Origin: Macrostomum hystrix
Taxonomy: Eukaryota > Animalia > Platyhelminthes
Direction of reading: 5' to 3'
Assembly (NCBI GenBank): GCA_950097015.1
Contig: CATNEN010000013.1
Coordinates: 806,001 to 870,000, forward strand
DNA length: 64,000 nt
Position numbers and translations under genes: made by a program. Positions 24,255 to 38,439 of the stretch are shown one piece after another. Position 1 is the first letter of the stretch. Every line of letters starts with the position of its first letter. The notes beneath the pieces are model-generated. The model saw only the letters and a list, made by a program, of their open reading frames with translations, was not told the origin of the DNA and searched no databases.

Positions 24255-27200
24255 ATGGGCCAGTTCTATCGTCAGGAAGCCATTGCCTGGCTCTCCCTGC
24301 TAATCCTTGCCGTGCCCTCGTTAGGCCTCTTCTGCCTGCTGCTCTTGCACTTCCGCGGTCTGCTGAGAAGTCTGGACATCTGTCTGGCTGGCCTGATGCT
24401 GAGGAATGTGTTCTATTCGCTAGTGACTGTGCCCCTGTTGCTCTGCATGGTGTTTGGTGGAGTCCAATGGACGGTCGTTACCTGTCGGTTGCTGGTGTTC
24501 AGCTTGCACGCGCCTCTCTTAGTTTCGCTACTCGGCACAGCGTTTTTTGCAGTGGATAGACTGTTTCTGCTGCGCAAGGAGGGCGGCCCAGTCTATAACG
24601 GATGGGTGACTAATAAAGTGAAGCCGTTGATCATTATTAGCGGCTGGTCATGCGCCGCTTTCATCACTGGTGAGAAATGTTTTAGAAAGAATTTTACTGG
24701 GGCTCTCATTAGTAGCTATTGAACAGTGGAAAGCTATAAAGGCTATAAAAATCTATTTTTAGCTTTCTGTTGGCGGATTCTAATTGGTTGCTATTTTTAG
24801 CTTTTTGTTGGCGGTTTCTAATTTGTTGCTATTTTTAGTTTTTACTGGTGGATTTTAATTAGTTTTTATTTTTAGCTAATGACTACACTGATTCTAATTT
24901 GTGGAAACTTTGAGGGTCTATCCCGTAGCATCTATAACAATTAAGACCCGGATGAGAGATAGACATCAGAAAACAAGAGAAAAAAGTTTAATAGACACGT
25001 TTGCGATCTTTGCTAGACGTAAATTTGGAATTAAATGAAACTTTTAGCAGGAGCACAAAACTCAATCCAATATTTAGGCCTGGTGCCGATGAATCTGTGG
25101 ACTCGAGTAACGCCCGATGCTAAGAACTCTGGCCCGCGCTGCCAATTCTTACCCAGCCAGCTGGACTTCACCTATTCAATGATTGTCTGCGCCTGCAACA
25201 TCGCCTCCGCAGTGATCTGCGCCGCCTGCAGCCTTGACGGCTTTTTGCACCTGCGGCGGCCTCGCCACCCAGCTCAGGAGATGGTCACGCGCATCGTTGG
25301 CGGCAGCAAGAGCGTCGACGAAGGTTCCGACGACACCGGCGAAAGAGCATCAACAAAGCCAGGCCAGCAGCTGCGTCTGTCCGCCGAGTTCGACGCCAGA
25401 AAGCACGCCTGGGAGGCCTGGCGAGTCACGGCGACTGCCAACGCTGTGGCATTCTTCTTGAACCACCTGCCAATGCTGGTGAGCTTACCTGACTTACCTG
25501 CCGAATTCTGTGATCTTTCAAGGTCTTAATTATCCCGTCTAATGACAGTTCAATGGTATTCATAACCCCCGTTCTATGTCAGAATTCTAAAAATTAAGAT
25601 TTTAAATCGATATAAAATTGTCATAAATTTTTCTGTAAGAAAAGTTTTTGTCAAATAAATCTGATTTGTCTACTTACAGTAGCGTTTGTGGAATCAACGC
25701 AATATAAATGTGTTGATTTTGAAGCCACAACAAATCGCCTGCAATAATTTGGCCATCCTACGTTTTTTAATATGTTTGCTGACTGTTTAGCAAGTAGAAC
25801 TGAGTATATAAACTTGCCATCATCATCAACTTACAAAATTCAATCTGGTCATTAATAAATCATTTTCAGCCAAACTCGTACACTCAGCAAGGTTGCCTAA
25901 ATTCACTTAGCCAGACGACCAGAGACGGTAGCTGAATTATGGGATAATTTTCCCAACTACAGCCCGCGTTGCATAATCGAATCGGGAAGGGGGTGGTGGG
26001 GGGGGCAGAGACCTGGTGACCCGTGAAGCAAAACAAGCAATCTGAGTTTCCATGTGGCCATGTGGTCCGAAACTACCTTGTCACACTGTGTGTTGCTGGG
26101 TTGCCATGGGATTAAAGAATTTCTAGCTCATTTCACCTGCTCAATACTGAAGCATCGATCCTCAGCAATGGAATCTGATGAAGTCTCGCGTGTGTTGCCA
26201 GTGTCAACAAGCGCTAGGCCTGTGTGAAACATGCTTTTTTGCAACCAATTTTTTTCTCTAGAAAGTTTCTTTGTGCATTTTTTCCGCCGGCATATCAACC
26301 CGTTTGGCACAATGTCAACAAACACTGAATTATTCTCTTCCAATACTTTAGTCTCATTTCCTGCGTTTGCCTCTCTATCTGTGGAACGTTTTTTAGGAGT
26401 TTATCCCCCGTTTTTCCTAGCGATAATGCGGGCTGGTTTGCGACGAGACACGGGGAGGGAGATGTGACAGGGGCAGGTGATGACAGGAGACCCTTAAACA
26501 ATGTTTTGACAGTTTCCGCACTTTCTTTTTTCTTCTTTTTAGGTTCCTTCTTTTTTCTAGGTTTTTAACGTTGCCGAGGTCATTTATTATGATTTCTTTT
26601 AGGACCACCACCCGAACTAAAACAGGGGCCGACATTCGATCCGTTAGCCGAGTGTAAACAGCTGCCATTCGGCATTCCTCACAGCCGCATAGGCTTTGCC
26701 CGGATACAAATAAAACACACTAACTTTCACTTTGGGGTCAACGAGGGTCAGATTGAATTTGGGTCGCAAAGCACAATCGAATGAACTCCACAGATTTTGG
26801 ACTTCTCGGCTCTGGTGGTCTGGCCCGATCGCAGCGGCTCCGAATACATCATACTGCTGTTGCTGGAGTCCATTGTGCTGCCTAATTCTCTCTGGGTGGT
26901 TGCCGTGCGGTATCGCCACGTTGTCAACAGGCGCTGTTCGAGAGGAGACAGTCGAAATGACGGTTGAGTACTGCTCAAATATGACCGATTCTATCAGTCC
27001 TCTGGTGGGATTTGAGAGACCGATTCTAACAGTCCTCTGATGGGATTTGAGAGACCGATTCTATCAGTCCTCTGATGGGATTTGAGAGGCCGATTCTAAC
27101 AGTCCTCTGATGGGATTTGAGAGGCCGATTCTATCAGTCCTCTGATGGGATTTGAGAGGCCGATTCTATCAGTCCTCTGATGGGATTTGAGAGACCGATT

Positions 27201-30200
27201 TTATCAGTCCTCTGATGGGATTTGAGAGACCGATTCTATCAGTCCTCTGATGGGATTTGAGAGGCCGATTCTATCAGTCCTCTGATGGGATTTGAGAGAC
27301 CGATTCTAACAGTCCTCTAATGGGATTTGAGAGGCCGATTCTAACAGTCCTCTGATGGGATTTGAGAGACCGATTCTATCAGTCCTCTGATGGGATTTGA
27401 GAGACCGATTCTATCAGTCCTCTGATGGGATTTGAGAGACCGATTCTATCAGTCCTCTGATGGGATTTGAGAGACCGATTCTATCAGTCCTCTGATTGGA
27501 TTTGAGAGACCGATTCTAACAGTCCTCTGATGGGATTTGAGAGACCGATTCTATCAGTCCTCTGATGGGATTTGAGAGGCCGATTCTAACAGTCCTCTGA
27601 TGGGATTTGAGAGGCCGATTCTATCAGTCCTCTGATGGGATTTGAGAGGCCGATTCTATCAGTCCTCTGATGGGATTTGAGAGACCGATTTTATCAGTCC
27701 TCTGATGGGATTTGAGAGACCGATTTTATCAGTCCTCTGATGGGATTTGAGAGACCGATTCTATCAGTCCTCTGATGGGATTTGAGAGACCGATTCTATC
27801 AGTCCTCTGATGGGATTTGAGAGACCGATTCTATCAGTCCTCTGATGGGATTTGAGAGACCGATTCTATCAGTCCTCTGATGGGATTTGAGAGACCGATT
27901 CTATCAGTCCTCTGATGGGATTTGAGAGACCGATTCTATCAGTCCTCTGATGGGATTTGAGAGACCGATTCTAACAGTCCTCTAATGGGATTTGAGAGAC
28001 CGATTCTAACAGTCCTCTAATGGGATTTGAGAGACCGATTCTAACAGTCCTCTGATGGGATTTGAGAGACCGATTCTAACAGTCCTCTAATGGGATTTGA
28101 GAGGCCGATTCTAACAGTCCTCTGATGGGATTTGAGAGACCGATTCTATCAGTCCTCTGATGGGATTTGAGAGACCGATTCTATCAGTCCTCTGATGGGA
28201 TTTGAGAGACCGATTCTATCAGTCCTCTGATGGGATTTGAGAGACCGATTCTATCAGTCCTCTGATGGGATTTGAGAGACCGATTCTATCAGTCCTCTGA
28301 TGGGATTTGAGAGGCCGATTCTAACAGTCCTCTGATGGGATTTGAGAGGCCGATTCTATCAGTCCTCTGATGGGATTTGAGAGGCCGATTCTATCAGTCC
28401 TCTGATGGGATTTGAGAGACCGATTCTATCAGTCCTCTGATGGGATTTGAGAGGCCGATTCTATCAGTCCTCTGATGGGATTTGAGAGGCCGATTCTAAC
28501 AGTCCTCTGATGGGATTTGAGAGACCGATTCTAACAGTCCTCTAATGGGATTTGAGAGACCGATTCTAACAGTCCCCTGATGGGATTTGAGAGGCCGATT
28601 CTAACAGTCCTCTGATGGGATTTGAGAGACCGATTCTAACAGTCCTCTGATGGGATTTGAGAGGCCGATTCTATCAGTCCTCTGATGGGATTTGAGAGAC
28701 CGATTCTAACAGTCCTCTAATGGGATTTGAGAGGCCGATTCTAACAGTCCTCTGATGGGATTTGAGAGACCGATTCTAACAGTCCCCTGATGGGATTTGA
28801 GAGACCGATTCTATCAGTCCTCTGATGGGATTTGAGAGACCGATTCTATCAGTCCTCTGATGGGATTTGAGAGGCCGATTCTATCAGTCCTCTGATGGGA
28901 TTTGAGAGGCCGATTCTATCAGTCCTCTGATGGGATTTGAGAGGCCGATTCTATCAGTCCTCTGATGGGATTTGAGAGACCGATTCTATCAGTCCTCTGA
29001 TGGGATTTAAGAGACCGATTCTATCAGTCCTCTGATGGGATTTGAGAGGCCGATTCTATCAGTCCTCTGATGGGATTTGAGAGACCGATTCTATCAGTCC
29101 TCTGATGGGATTTGAGAGACCGATTTTATCAGTCCTCTAATGGGATTTGAGAGACCGATTCTAACAGTCCTCTGATGGGATTTGAGAGACCGATTCTAAC
29201 AGTCCCCTGATGGGATTTGAGAGACCGATTCTAACAGTCCTCTGATGGGATTTGAGAGGCCGATTCTATCAGTCCTCTGATGGGATTTGAGAGGCCGATT
29301 CTATCAGTCCTCTGATGGATTTGAGAGGCCGATTCTATCAGTCCTCTGATGGGATTTGAGAGACCGATTCTAACAGTCCTCTAATGGGATTTGAGAGACC
29401 GATTCTAACAGTCCTCTAATGGGATTTGAGAGACCGATTCTAACAGTCCTCTGATGGGATTTGAGAGACCGATTCTAACAGTCCTCTAATGGGATTTGAG
29501 AGGCCGATTCTAACAGTCCTCTGATGGGATTTGAGAGACCGATTCTATCAGTCCTCTGATGGGATTTGAGAGACCGATTCTATCAGTCCTCTGATGGGAT
29601 TTGAGAGACCGATTCTATCAGTCCTCTGATGGGATTTGAGAGACCGATTCTATCAGTCCTCTGATGGGATTTGAGAGACCGATTCTATCAGTCCTCTGAT
29701 GGGATTTGAGAGGCCGATTCTAACAGTCCTCTGATGGGATTTGAGAGGCCGATTCTATCAGTCCTCTGATGGGATTTGAGAGGCCGATTCTATCAGTCCT
29801 CTGATGGGATTTGAGAGACCGATTCTATCAGTCCTCTGATGGGATTTGAGAGGCCGATTCTATCAGTCCTCTGATGGGATTTGAGAGGCCGATTCTAACA
29901 GTCCTCTGATGGGATTTGAGAGACCGATTCTAACAGTCCTCTAATGGGATTTGAGAGACCGATTCTAACAGTCCCCTGATGGGATTTGAGAGGCCGATTC
30001 TAACAGTCCTCTAATGGGATTTGAGAGGCCGATTCTAACAGTCCTCTGATGGGATTTGAGAGGCCGATTCTATCAGTCCTCTGATGGGATTTGAGAGACC
30101 GATTTTATCAGTCCTCTGATGGGATTTGAGAGACCGATTCTAACAGTCCCCTGATGGGATTTGAGAGGCCGATTCTAACAGTCCCCTGATGGGATTTGAG

Positions 30201-33200
30201 AGACCGATTCTATCAGTCCTCTGATGGGATTTGAGAGACCGATTCTATCAGTCCTCTGATGGGATTTGAGAGGCCGATTCTATCAGTCCTCTGATGGGAT
30301 TTGAGAGGCCGATTCTATCAGTCCTCTGATGGGATTTGAGAGGCCGATTCTATCAGTCCTCTGATGGGATTTGAGAGACCGATTCTATCAGTCCTCTGAT
30401 GGGATTTAAGAGACCGATTCTAACAGTCCTCTAATGGGATTTGAGAGGCCGATTCTAACAGTCCTCTGATGGGATTTGAGAGACCGATTCTATCAGTCCT
30501 CTGATGGGATTTGAGAGACCGATTTTATCAGTCCTCTAATGGGATTTGAGAGACCGATTCTAACAGTCCTCTGATGGGATTTGAGAGACCGATTCTAACA
30601 GTCCCCTGATGGGATTTGAGAGACCGATTCTAACAGTCCTCTGATGGGATTTGAGAGGCCGATTCTATCAGTCCTCTGATGGGATTTGAGAGGCCGATTC
30701 TATCAGTCCTCTGATGGATTTGAGAGGCCGATTCTATCAGTCCTCTGATGGGATTTGAGAGACAGATTCTAACGTCGGTTGATGAGATTTTTCATGCCTG
30801 GGATAAAAAGTTAAGCTTAGTTGTGACAGACTTACTTAGGAAGTCTATTTCATTTCCTTCCTGTTTCGTCAAGCAGTAATTTTCACGCTACTCAAAATTT
30901 TCCATTCCATCATCTCCCGCTACATCAAACGAATTTTCTAAGTTGCAAGGGTAACTTAATTACGCAAATTCATGGATAGGATCTCACCGAGGTTTATGCC
31001 TAGAAGCATAAGATAAACAAATATTATCCGCAATCAGATAATTGCACCTGCTATTAGGAGACTGTCTCGCGGCCAATCAAGCATGTTTAGACTAGCAGCT
31101 TTTAAAAGCAAAAAAACTGCAAACTCGTATAGCAACAAGCTCACCGAGTCATGACCTCACGGAGGCCTGACCTCCTCGTGTTCCAGATTTTGTTAATCTT
31201 GTTCTACATTCGCGCGAGAGGTGCCAGAGGGACTTGTAATGAATCAGGAAAGATGAAAAGATGAAAATATCATCCAATGCATCACAGAAACATTCTCTGA
31301 ATCACAGAATCATTCAAAGCATCACAGAATCATTCAAAGCATCACAGAATCATTCAAAGCATCACAGAATCATTCAAAGCATCACAGAATCATTCAAAGC
31401 ATCACAGAATCACGCAAAGCATCACAGAATCATTCAAAGCATCACAGGATCATTCAAAGCATCACAGAATCATTCAAAGCATCACAGAATCACTCAAAGC
31501 ATCACAGAATCATTCAAAGCATCACAGAATCACTCAAAGCATCACAGAATCATTCAAAGCATCACAGAATCACTCAAAGCATCACAGAATCATTCAAAGC
31601 ATCACAGAATCATTCAAAGCATCACAGAATCACTCAAAGCATCACAGAATCATTCAAAGCATCACAGAATCATTCAAAGCATCACAGAATCACTCAAAGC
31701 ATCACAGAATCACGCAAAGCATCACAGAATCATTCAAAGCATCACAGGATCATTCAAAGCATCACAGAATCATTCAAAGCATCACAGAATCATTCAAAGC
31801 ATCACAGAATCATTCAAAGCATCACAGAATCATTCAAAGCATCACAGAATCATTCAAAGCATCACAGAATCACGCAAAGCATCACAGAATCATTCAAAGC
31901 ATCACAGGATCATTCAAAGCATCACAGAATCATTCAAAGCATCACAGAATCACTCAAAGCATCACAGAATCATTCAAAGCATCACAGAATCACTCAAAGC
32001 ATCACAGAATCATTCAAAGCATCACAGAATCACTCAAAGCATCACAGAATCATTCAAAGCATCACAGAATCATTCAAAGCATCACAGAATCACTCAAAGC
32101 ATCACAGAATCATTCAAAGCATCACAGAATCATTCAAAGCATCACAGAATCACTCAAAGCATCACAGAATCACTCAAAGCATCACAGAATCACCCAAAGC
32201 ATCACAGAATCATTCAAAGCATCACAGAATCATTCAAAGCATCACAGAATCACTCAAAGCATCACAGAATCATTCAAAGCATCACAGAATCACTCAAAGC
32301 ATCACAGAATCACTCAAAGCATCACAGAATCATTCAAAGCATCACAGAATCACTCAAAGCATCACAGAATCATTCAAAGCATCACAGAATCACTCAAAGC
32401 ATCACAGAATCATTCAAAGCATCACAGAATCATTCAAAGCATCACAGAATCACTCAAAGCATCACAGAATCATTCAAAGCATCACAGAATCATTCAAAGC
32501 ATCACAGAATCACTCAAAGCATCACAGAATCACTCAAAGCATCACAGAATCACCCAAAGCATCACAGAATCATTCAAAGCATCACAGAATCATTCAAAGC
32601 ATCACAGAATCATTCAAAGCATCACAGAATCATTCAAAGCATCACAGAATCATTCAAAGCATCACAGAATCACCCAAAGCATCACAGAATCACTCAAAGC
32701 ATCACAGAATCACCCAAAGCATCACAGAATCACTCAAAGCATCACAGAATCACTCAAAGCATCACAAAATCACTCAAAGCATCACAGAATCACTCAAAGC
32801 ATCACAGAATCACTCAAAGCATCACAGAATCACTCAAAGCATCACAGAATCACCCAAAGCATCACAGAATCACCCAAAGCATCACAGAATCATTCACAAT
32901 AGCTCGTATGCGCTAGGTTTAGCATCCTGGACCCCGGAAAGCATTCACAGCAGCTCTCTCACTCCCCGCAGATTTGTACTGCGCAATGCAGCAGTTCCAG
33001 AAGCGGTGCACCCTAATGGGGTCAGTTTATCGCGGCCAGCGCTCGGTCTCCTCGGCTGCGGCTTCCACGGCAAACTCTGCTGCGTCAGCGGCTGCCAGAT
33101 CTGCTGGCTCGCATATTCAACAGAAGCTTCACCGAGCTCGCGCTGTGACAGCCGCTTCCAATCCCGTGTTCACAATGAACCCAGGTCGACCATTGTCGCT

Positions 33201-33981
33201 CAACATCAAAGAAGCCGCCCCATCCGTTGCCACCACGTCGAACAATGGCGATGCCGACGATTGCGCCGACACGGTCGCGGACGCCTACGACGCCAACCTG
33301 GAGACATCCGTCAGCGCCTGGAAGCCAGTCAGCGTCGGCGAGATCGTCCGAGCCCGCGTGCCGCCATCCCTGGCCACCCTGCCCGAGGACATCGACGTCG
33401 CCAATGGCGCGGATCCTTGGTCGACGACAAGCACAGACTTGGTGCAGCAGTTCGAGGACAGCTTCTTCATCGACGCCGTGATTGTCAGCTCGAGGAGCGA
33501 CCCGGCCGGCTGGGCCGGCGGCGCCGGAGTCGACAGCTCCGGCCGCACGAGCCCGTCCGCCGGCGCCGCTAGCCTAAGCGACGATGTCGTCGGGAGCATC
33601 GACGATCGTGTAGAGCAAGACATCGACGGAGACTTCTATCTGAGCCCGGCGGAGATTCAGCAGATTGTCGCTCAGCGACGTCAGCGTCAGCTCGAAGAAG
33701 ATCGCCGTATCGAAGCGATGAATTCGACCAGCCAGAGCAGCACGGAGCTCCGCGGTGACTGGCCAGGCGAAGACGACGCCGAAGGACCCGGGACTGTGAC
33801 CGAAGGGCAGCTGAATGAGGCTTTTCTTTTCGGCGACGGAAATTTTGAGGACTTCGAACTGGCGGAAACGCCCGTGTCCGCTGTGCTGCCAGTCGATGAA
33901 GCGACGGAGCCGATGGACTCAACTAGGAGGAGCCTGAACCAGAAAAACAACTTCACTCAGGAGTTCGACGTGTTCCTGTGA
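24255..33981 (+). CDS. Orphan class A-like GPCR, GPR153/GPR162-like, with long acidic C-terminal tail (~664 aa from ATG 24255)
   Basis: Exons 24255-24669, 25078-25478, 26794-26962, 32972-33981; total 1995 nt, phases compatible. Seven hydrophobic segments, TM3 C..AVDR, ECL2 CQFLPSQL, TM7 ESIVLPNSLWVVAVRYR resembling GPR153 LLLPVFLWACDRYR (recalled). An acceptor at 24162 with an open frame upstream of the ATG means the N-terminus may be longer. Confidence 0.8.
26984..30775. repeat. 35-bp minisatellite (GAGACCGATTCTATCAGTCCTCTGATGGGATTTGA)n, ~108 copies, GPCR intron 3
   Basis: GAGACCGATT at 27016, 27051 and onward. Confidence 0.97.
31280..32897. repeat. 20-bp minisatellite (ATCACAGAATCATTCAAAGC)n, ~80 copies, GPCR intron 3
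   Basis: Three units per 60-nt line; gives rise to the spurious 551-aa ORF. Confidence 0.97.
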
Positions 33982-34372
33982 TCCCCATCCCAAAAATCCC
34001 GATCCAAAAATCCCGATCCAAAAATCCCGATCCAAAAATCCCGATCCAAAGAATCCCGATCCAAAGAATCCCCATCCCAAGGATCCCCATCCCAAGGATC
34101 CCCATTCCAAGGATCCCCATCCCAAAAATCCCGATCCAAAGAATCCCCATCCCAAGAATCCCCATCCCAAGGATCCCCATCCCAAGGATCCCCATCCCAA
34201 GGATCCCCATCCCAAGGATCCCCATCCCAAGGATCCCCATCCCAAGGATCCCCATCCCAAGGATCCCCATCCCAAGGATCCCCATCCCAAGGATCCCCAT
34301 CCCAAGGATCCCCATCCCAAGGATCCCCATCCCAAGGATCCCCATCCCAAAAATCCCCATCCCAAGGATCCC
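33982..34372. repeat. 15-bp minisatellite (GATCCCCATCCCAAG)n starting at the GPCR stop codon
   Basis: Direct periodicity. Confidence 0.95.
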
Positions 34373-34799
34373 GAGGTCATTGCAGCTGTCCATTATCCAG
34401 TATGTACAGAAAATATCATGACCTTTTTTGCCTAAATACTCAGCCGCTTGACGCCTTCCGACAATTATTTAATCATGCCGCTTAACAGTACGGTGCCAGA
34501 ATGCATGCCTCAGGTATGATTTGAAAATCAACATTTTTTGTCTGACTTGTAAACGAGATTCCACCGCTGCTGCGTGATTTTCAATTGGCACAATAAATAT
34601 ATTATTTATCACATGGGGCTAATTTTCCTACCTTAAATAATTTATCCTTTATTAAAATTTTGAAATTCTGTGAGGCAATGCTCACTTTCACTGTGCCTTG
34701 GAGGTTGACTCTCATGAATACCCCCGATTATTATGTAGGTTCAGAATTGCTAACTCGTGTTTTGATTTTTCTGAAATAGCCCGTGATAGAAGTCTATCC

Positions 34800-35340
34800 A
34801 TAGTTTCTGGCTGGGATTCCTGCTGTGCTTCTAGCTGCGATTCCAGCTACGATTCTAGCTGCGATTCTAGCTGCGATTCTAGCTACGATTCTAGCTGCGA
34901 TTCTAGCTGCGATTCTAGCTACGATTCTAGCTGCGATTCTAGCTACGATTCTAGCTACGATTCTAGCTGCGATTCTAGCTGCGATTCTAGCTACGATTCT
35001 AGCTGCGATTCTAGCTACGATTCTAGCTGCGATTCTAGCTGTGATTCTAGCTGCGATTCTAGCTACGATTCTAGCTGCGATTCTAGCTGCGATTCTAGCT
35101 ACGATTCTAGCTGCGATTCTAGCTACGATTCCTGGTACGATTCCTTCCATGCATCAAGCTACATCCCAGCTACGATTCTAGCTACGATTTCTGATACGAT
35201 TCCTTCCGTGCTTCTAGCTACAACCCAGCTACGATTGTAGCTACGATTCTAGCAACTATTCTAGCTACGAATCCTGGTGCGATTCCTTCCGTGATTTGTG
35301 CTAAAACCCAGCTTCGATTCTAGCTACGATTCCAGCCTGA
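34800..35340. repeat. 12-bp minisatellite (GATTCTAGCT[GA]C)n
   Basis: Direct periodicity. Confidence 0.9.
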
Positions 35341-35734
35341 TTTCAGCAACAATTTTCGGATAAAACGACAATTATTTCTCCGCTTCTAGCTAGGACTTGA
35401 GAGTTTGGGGACTGACTCATCGCACCTTGTTGAATCATGACTAAAAACCATTATCTAGCTGGTAAGCTCACATTACTGCGCCGACAAAGGTACGAAAAGT
35501 CTTACAGATCTGTTGTAAGACCTATCGATCACCTTGTTGATATTGATCTGAGCACACACACACACCGGAAGATGAGACGGCACGTGACTAAAAAGAATGT
35601 AGCTCGTATCTTTCAGTAGTAAATTTTTATCACAAAAGCGCAATCAGTTTTTTTGCTTGGCTTTTTGAGTAGATCATTGTGCTGGAGTTACACACAGTTC
35701 AATCGCAGAATTGTAAGTTGTGAGTTATGCGAAC

Positions 35735-35965
35735 TGTGAATTTTTTTATAGTGAATTGTGTGAACGGTGAATTGTATGGATGGTGAATTCTGTGAATGGT
35801 GAATTGTGCAAATTGTGAATTAGGAATTGTCTAAATTGTGTATGAATTGCTTGAATTTTGGGAATTGTGTGAATTGTTAATTGTGAATTCTGTAAACTGT
35901 GAATAGTGTGAATTGTTCATAGTGAACTATGAACTATGAATGTGTGAATAGTGAATTTTGTGAAT
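35735..35965. repeat. Degenerate GTGAAT(T)-rich repeat
   Basis: Many GTGAATT/TGTGAAT copies. Confidence 0.65.
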
Positions 35966-36899
35966 GGTGCAATGCAGAATGTGCCTGGCAGGAAGCTCTG
36001 GCTTAAAAAGGCTGCATTTGAAGCTTGCAGCCTCAGCTCCGACAGTTGCAGTTTTGCATTGCCGTGTTCTCTCGCCAAATTTAGTCGCTCATTGTTTCGC
36101 AGAGAAGCCAGCAAGCAGGAGAAACATTTGCTTTCTTGGAATGCGCTTCCAAAGTGGTCTGGCTACCCTCGCCAATTACGGATGGGAGATCCTCTCAGAT
36201 GGGGATTTCAAAATCAATTGGGGTCTGGGGTGGGCAGGAACCGCAGAAATTCCTCGCCAAATTTCCCAAGGTCTTCGAATCCTTTCATTTCTCGTACCTT
36301 CGAGGCAAATTTGGCTTCTTATGTTTCCAGATCGGGTTTTAGAAGTGTGCGCGCGCGTGTGTGTGTTTTTCACTAATCCCCATCTCTTCTTTCACAATTC
36401 CGTTGATAAGACGCAAGAGGAGCTGCAGGCTGCACCACCCGTGTGACTCATTGCGACATCCCCTTCCCAACGTGTTGGGCTTCCCTACGCGGCATGGGAA
36501 GGATGAATGGGGCGCCCAGAGTCACACGTCAATGCGTCTTGGGAGATTTTGTGGCGAAATAGGATTCCCCACTTCTCGACATCTTGACGCTGGGCGATCG
36601 GGATTTGTCAGGGTGGAGAACCGCGCCCAGCAACAGCTCGAGGAGATCGGATAGGCCCTCAAATCTTCAATAGCTGCTCATGTCGCCTACCTTGGCTCTT
36701 TGGGGGTCTTGAAAACCGTCCTGAAATTTGTCTAGCGTATCGCACGACACGAGAACTTCTATTCATACAATTGCAGCTGTCATTTGGATGGGACAGAGTA
36801 AAATTGGATGACTTAAGCTCCAGGATCCCAACAATTCGTGGACACAAATCCCAGCGATCATGTGACCTTCGTTTTGCTACCTCCGTCTACAAACCATCT

Positions 36900-37870
36900 G
36901 AATCCCATCCATCAGACCCCATCCCTTGAATCTCATCCCTCAGACCCCATCCCTTGTATCCCATCCTCTGTATCCCATCCCCTGTATCCCATCCTCTGTA
37001 TCCCATCCTCACTATCCCATCCTTTGTATCCCATCCTCTGTATCCCATCCTCAGTATCCCATCCTCTGTATCCCATCCTCACTATCCCATCCTTTGTATC
37101 CCATCCTCAGTATCTCATCTCCTGTATCCCATCCTCACTATCCCATCCTCTGTATCCCATCCTCAGTATCCCATTCTCAGTATCCCATTCTCAGTATCCC
37201 ATCCTCTGTATCCCATCCTCAGTATCCCATTCTCAGTATATTATCCTCACTATCCCATCCTCTGTATCCTATCCTCTGTATCCCATCCTCTGTATCCCAT
37301 CCTCTGTATCCCATCCCCTGTATCCCATCCTCTGTATCCCATCCCCTGTATCCCATCCCCTGTATCCCATCCCCAGTATCCCATCCTCTGTATCCCATCC
37401 TCTGTATCCCATCCCCTGTATCCCAGCCTCTGTATCCCATCCCCTGAATCCCATCCTCTGTATCCCATCCTCACTATCCCATCCTCTGTATCCCATCCTC
37501 TGTATCCCATCCCCTGTATCCCATCCTCTGTATCCCATCCTCTGTATCCCATCCCCTGTATCCCATCCTCAGTATCCCATTCTCAGTATATTATCCTCAC
37601 TATCCCATCCTCTGTATCCTATCCTCTGTATCCCATCCTCTGTATCCCATCCTCTGTATCCCATCCCCTGTATCCCATCCTCTGTATCCCATCCCCTGTA
37701 TCCCATCCCCTGTATCCCATCCCCAGTATCCCATCCTCTGTATCTCATCCTCTGTATCCCATCCCCTGTATCCCAGCCTCTGTATCCCATCCTCTGTATC
37801 CCATCCCCTGTATCCCATCCTCGGTATCCCATCTCATCGATCGCATCACTTCCCATCCCTTGAACCCCTG
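36900..37870. repeat. 14-bp minisatellite (TATCCCATCCTCTG)n
   Basis: Direct periodicity; internal ~350-bp re-duplication (ORFs ending 37250/37600 and 37219/37569). Confidence 0.95.
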
Positions 37871-38439
37871 ATCCTCTGGCCCAGCAACAGAGAAGAGGAT
37901 AGGCGACACTTTGAGTTCTAGAATTCTGCAGATTATTTCTTTTCGCTTCTCCCCTTTCAGAAGCAGAAGCAGCTAGCAGAAGCTTTTAATTGGAAATTGT
38001 ACTCTCAACACGACAAGTCGTTGGCGGTCGAAAAAAGACTGCTTCCAATTTCTGGGGCTGATTAACTCCCATGTCAAGGGGCTGCTTGTTGCTTGGGAAA
38101 AAAGCATGGCCAATGCCGTTCGGGACATCGTGCTCATCGCTTGTGTCATTCGGGTCACGGCATGTGTCATCTCTGAAATAATTTTAGCACGATGCCATCC
38201 CTGTCAGGAGAATTCTGAACCAGATGAAGGTTCGCTTTTAAATGGTCATGAAAATATGTCATTAGTTACATAGATACAGCCGTATAAACTGTGTGTTTAC
38301 ACGGGTAGTCGTAGCATGACAATTAGAAAACTGGCTTGAAAACCTTAGACTTCCCAACATCCTCAAACAAAATATCCTAAAAAAATAATAAAAAAATAAA
38401 AAAATATCAAACGCCCCGCAGACCTGAAGTGGGAAGCAA

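Noticed and set aside
26984-30775. CRISPR-like regular ~35-bp periodicity
   Set aside because: Contiguous repeats with no unique spacers, no cas genes, eukaryotic intron context.
31187-31240. Alternative GPCR exon between the two intronic arrays
   Set aside because: Good acceptor, but the in-phase frame stops after ~17 codons and no phase-compatible donor was found.
31261-32916. 551-aa ORF
   Set aside because: Translation of a 20-bp array lying inside the phase-compatible GPCR intron.
36366-36720. Selenoprotein (minus-strand frame interrupted only by TGA codons)
   Set aside because: No recognisable selenoprotein motif around the TGAs and no SECIS identified; chance is the simpler explanation.
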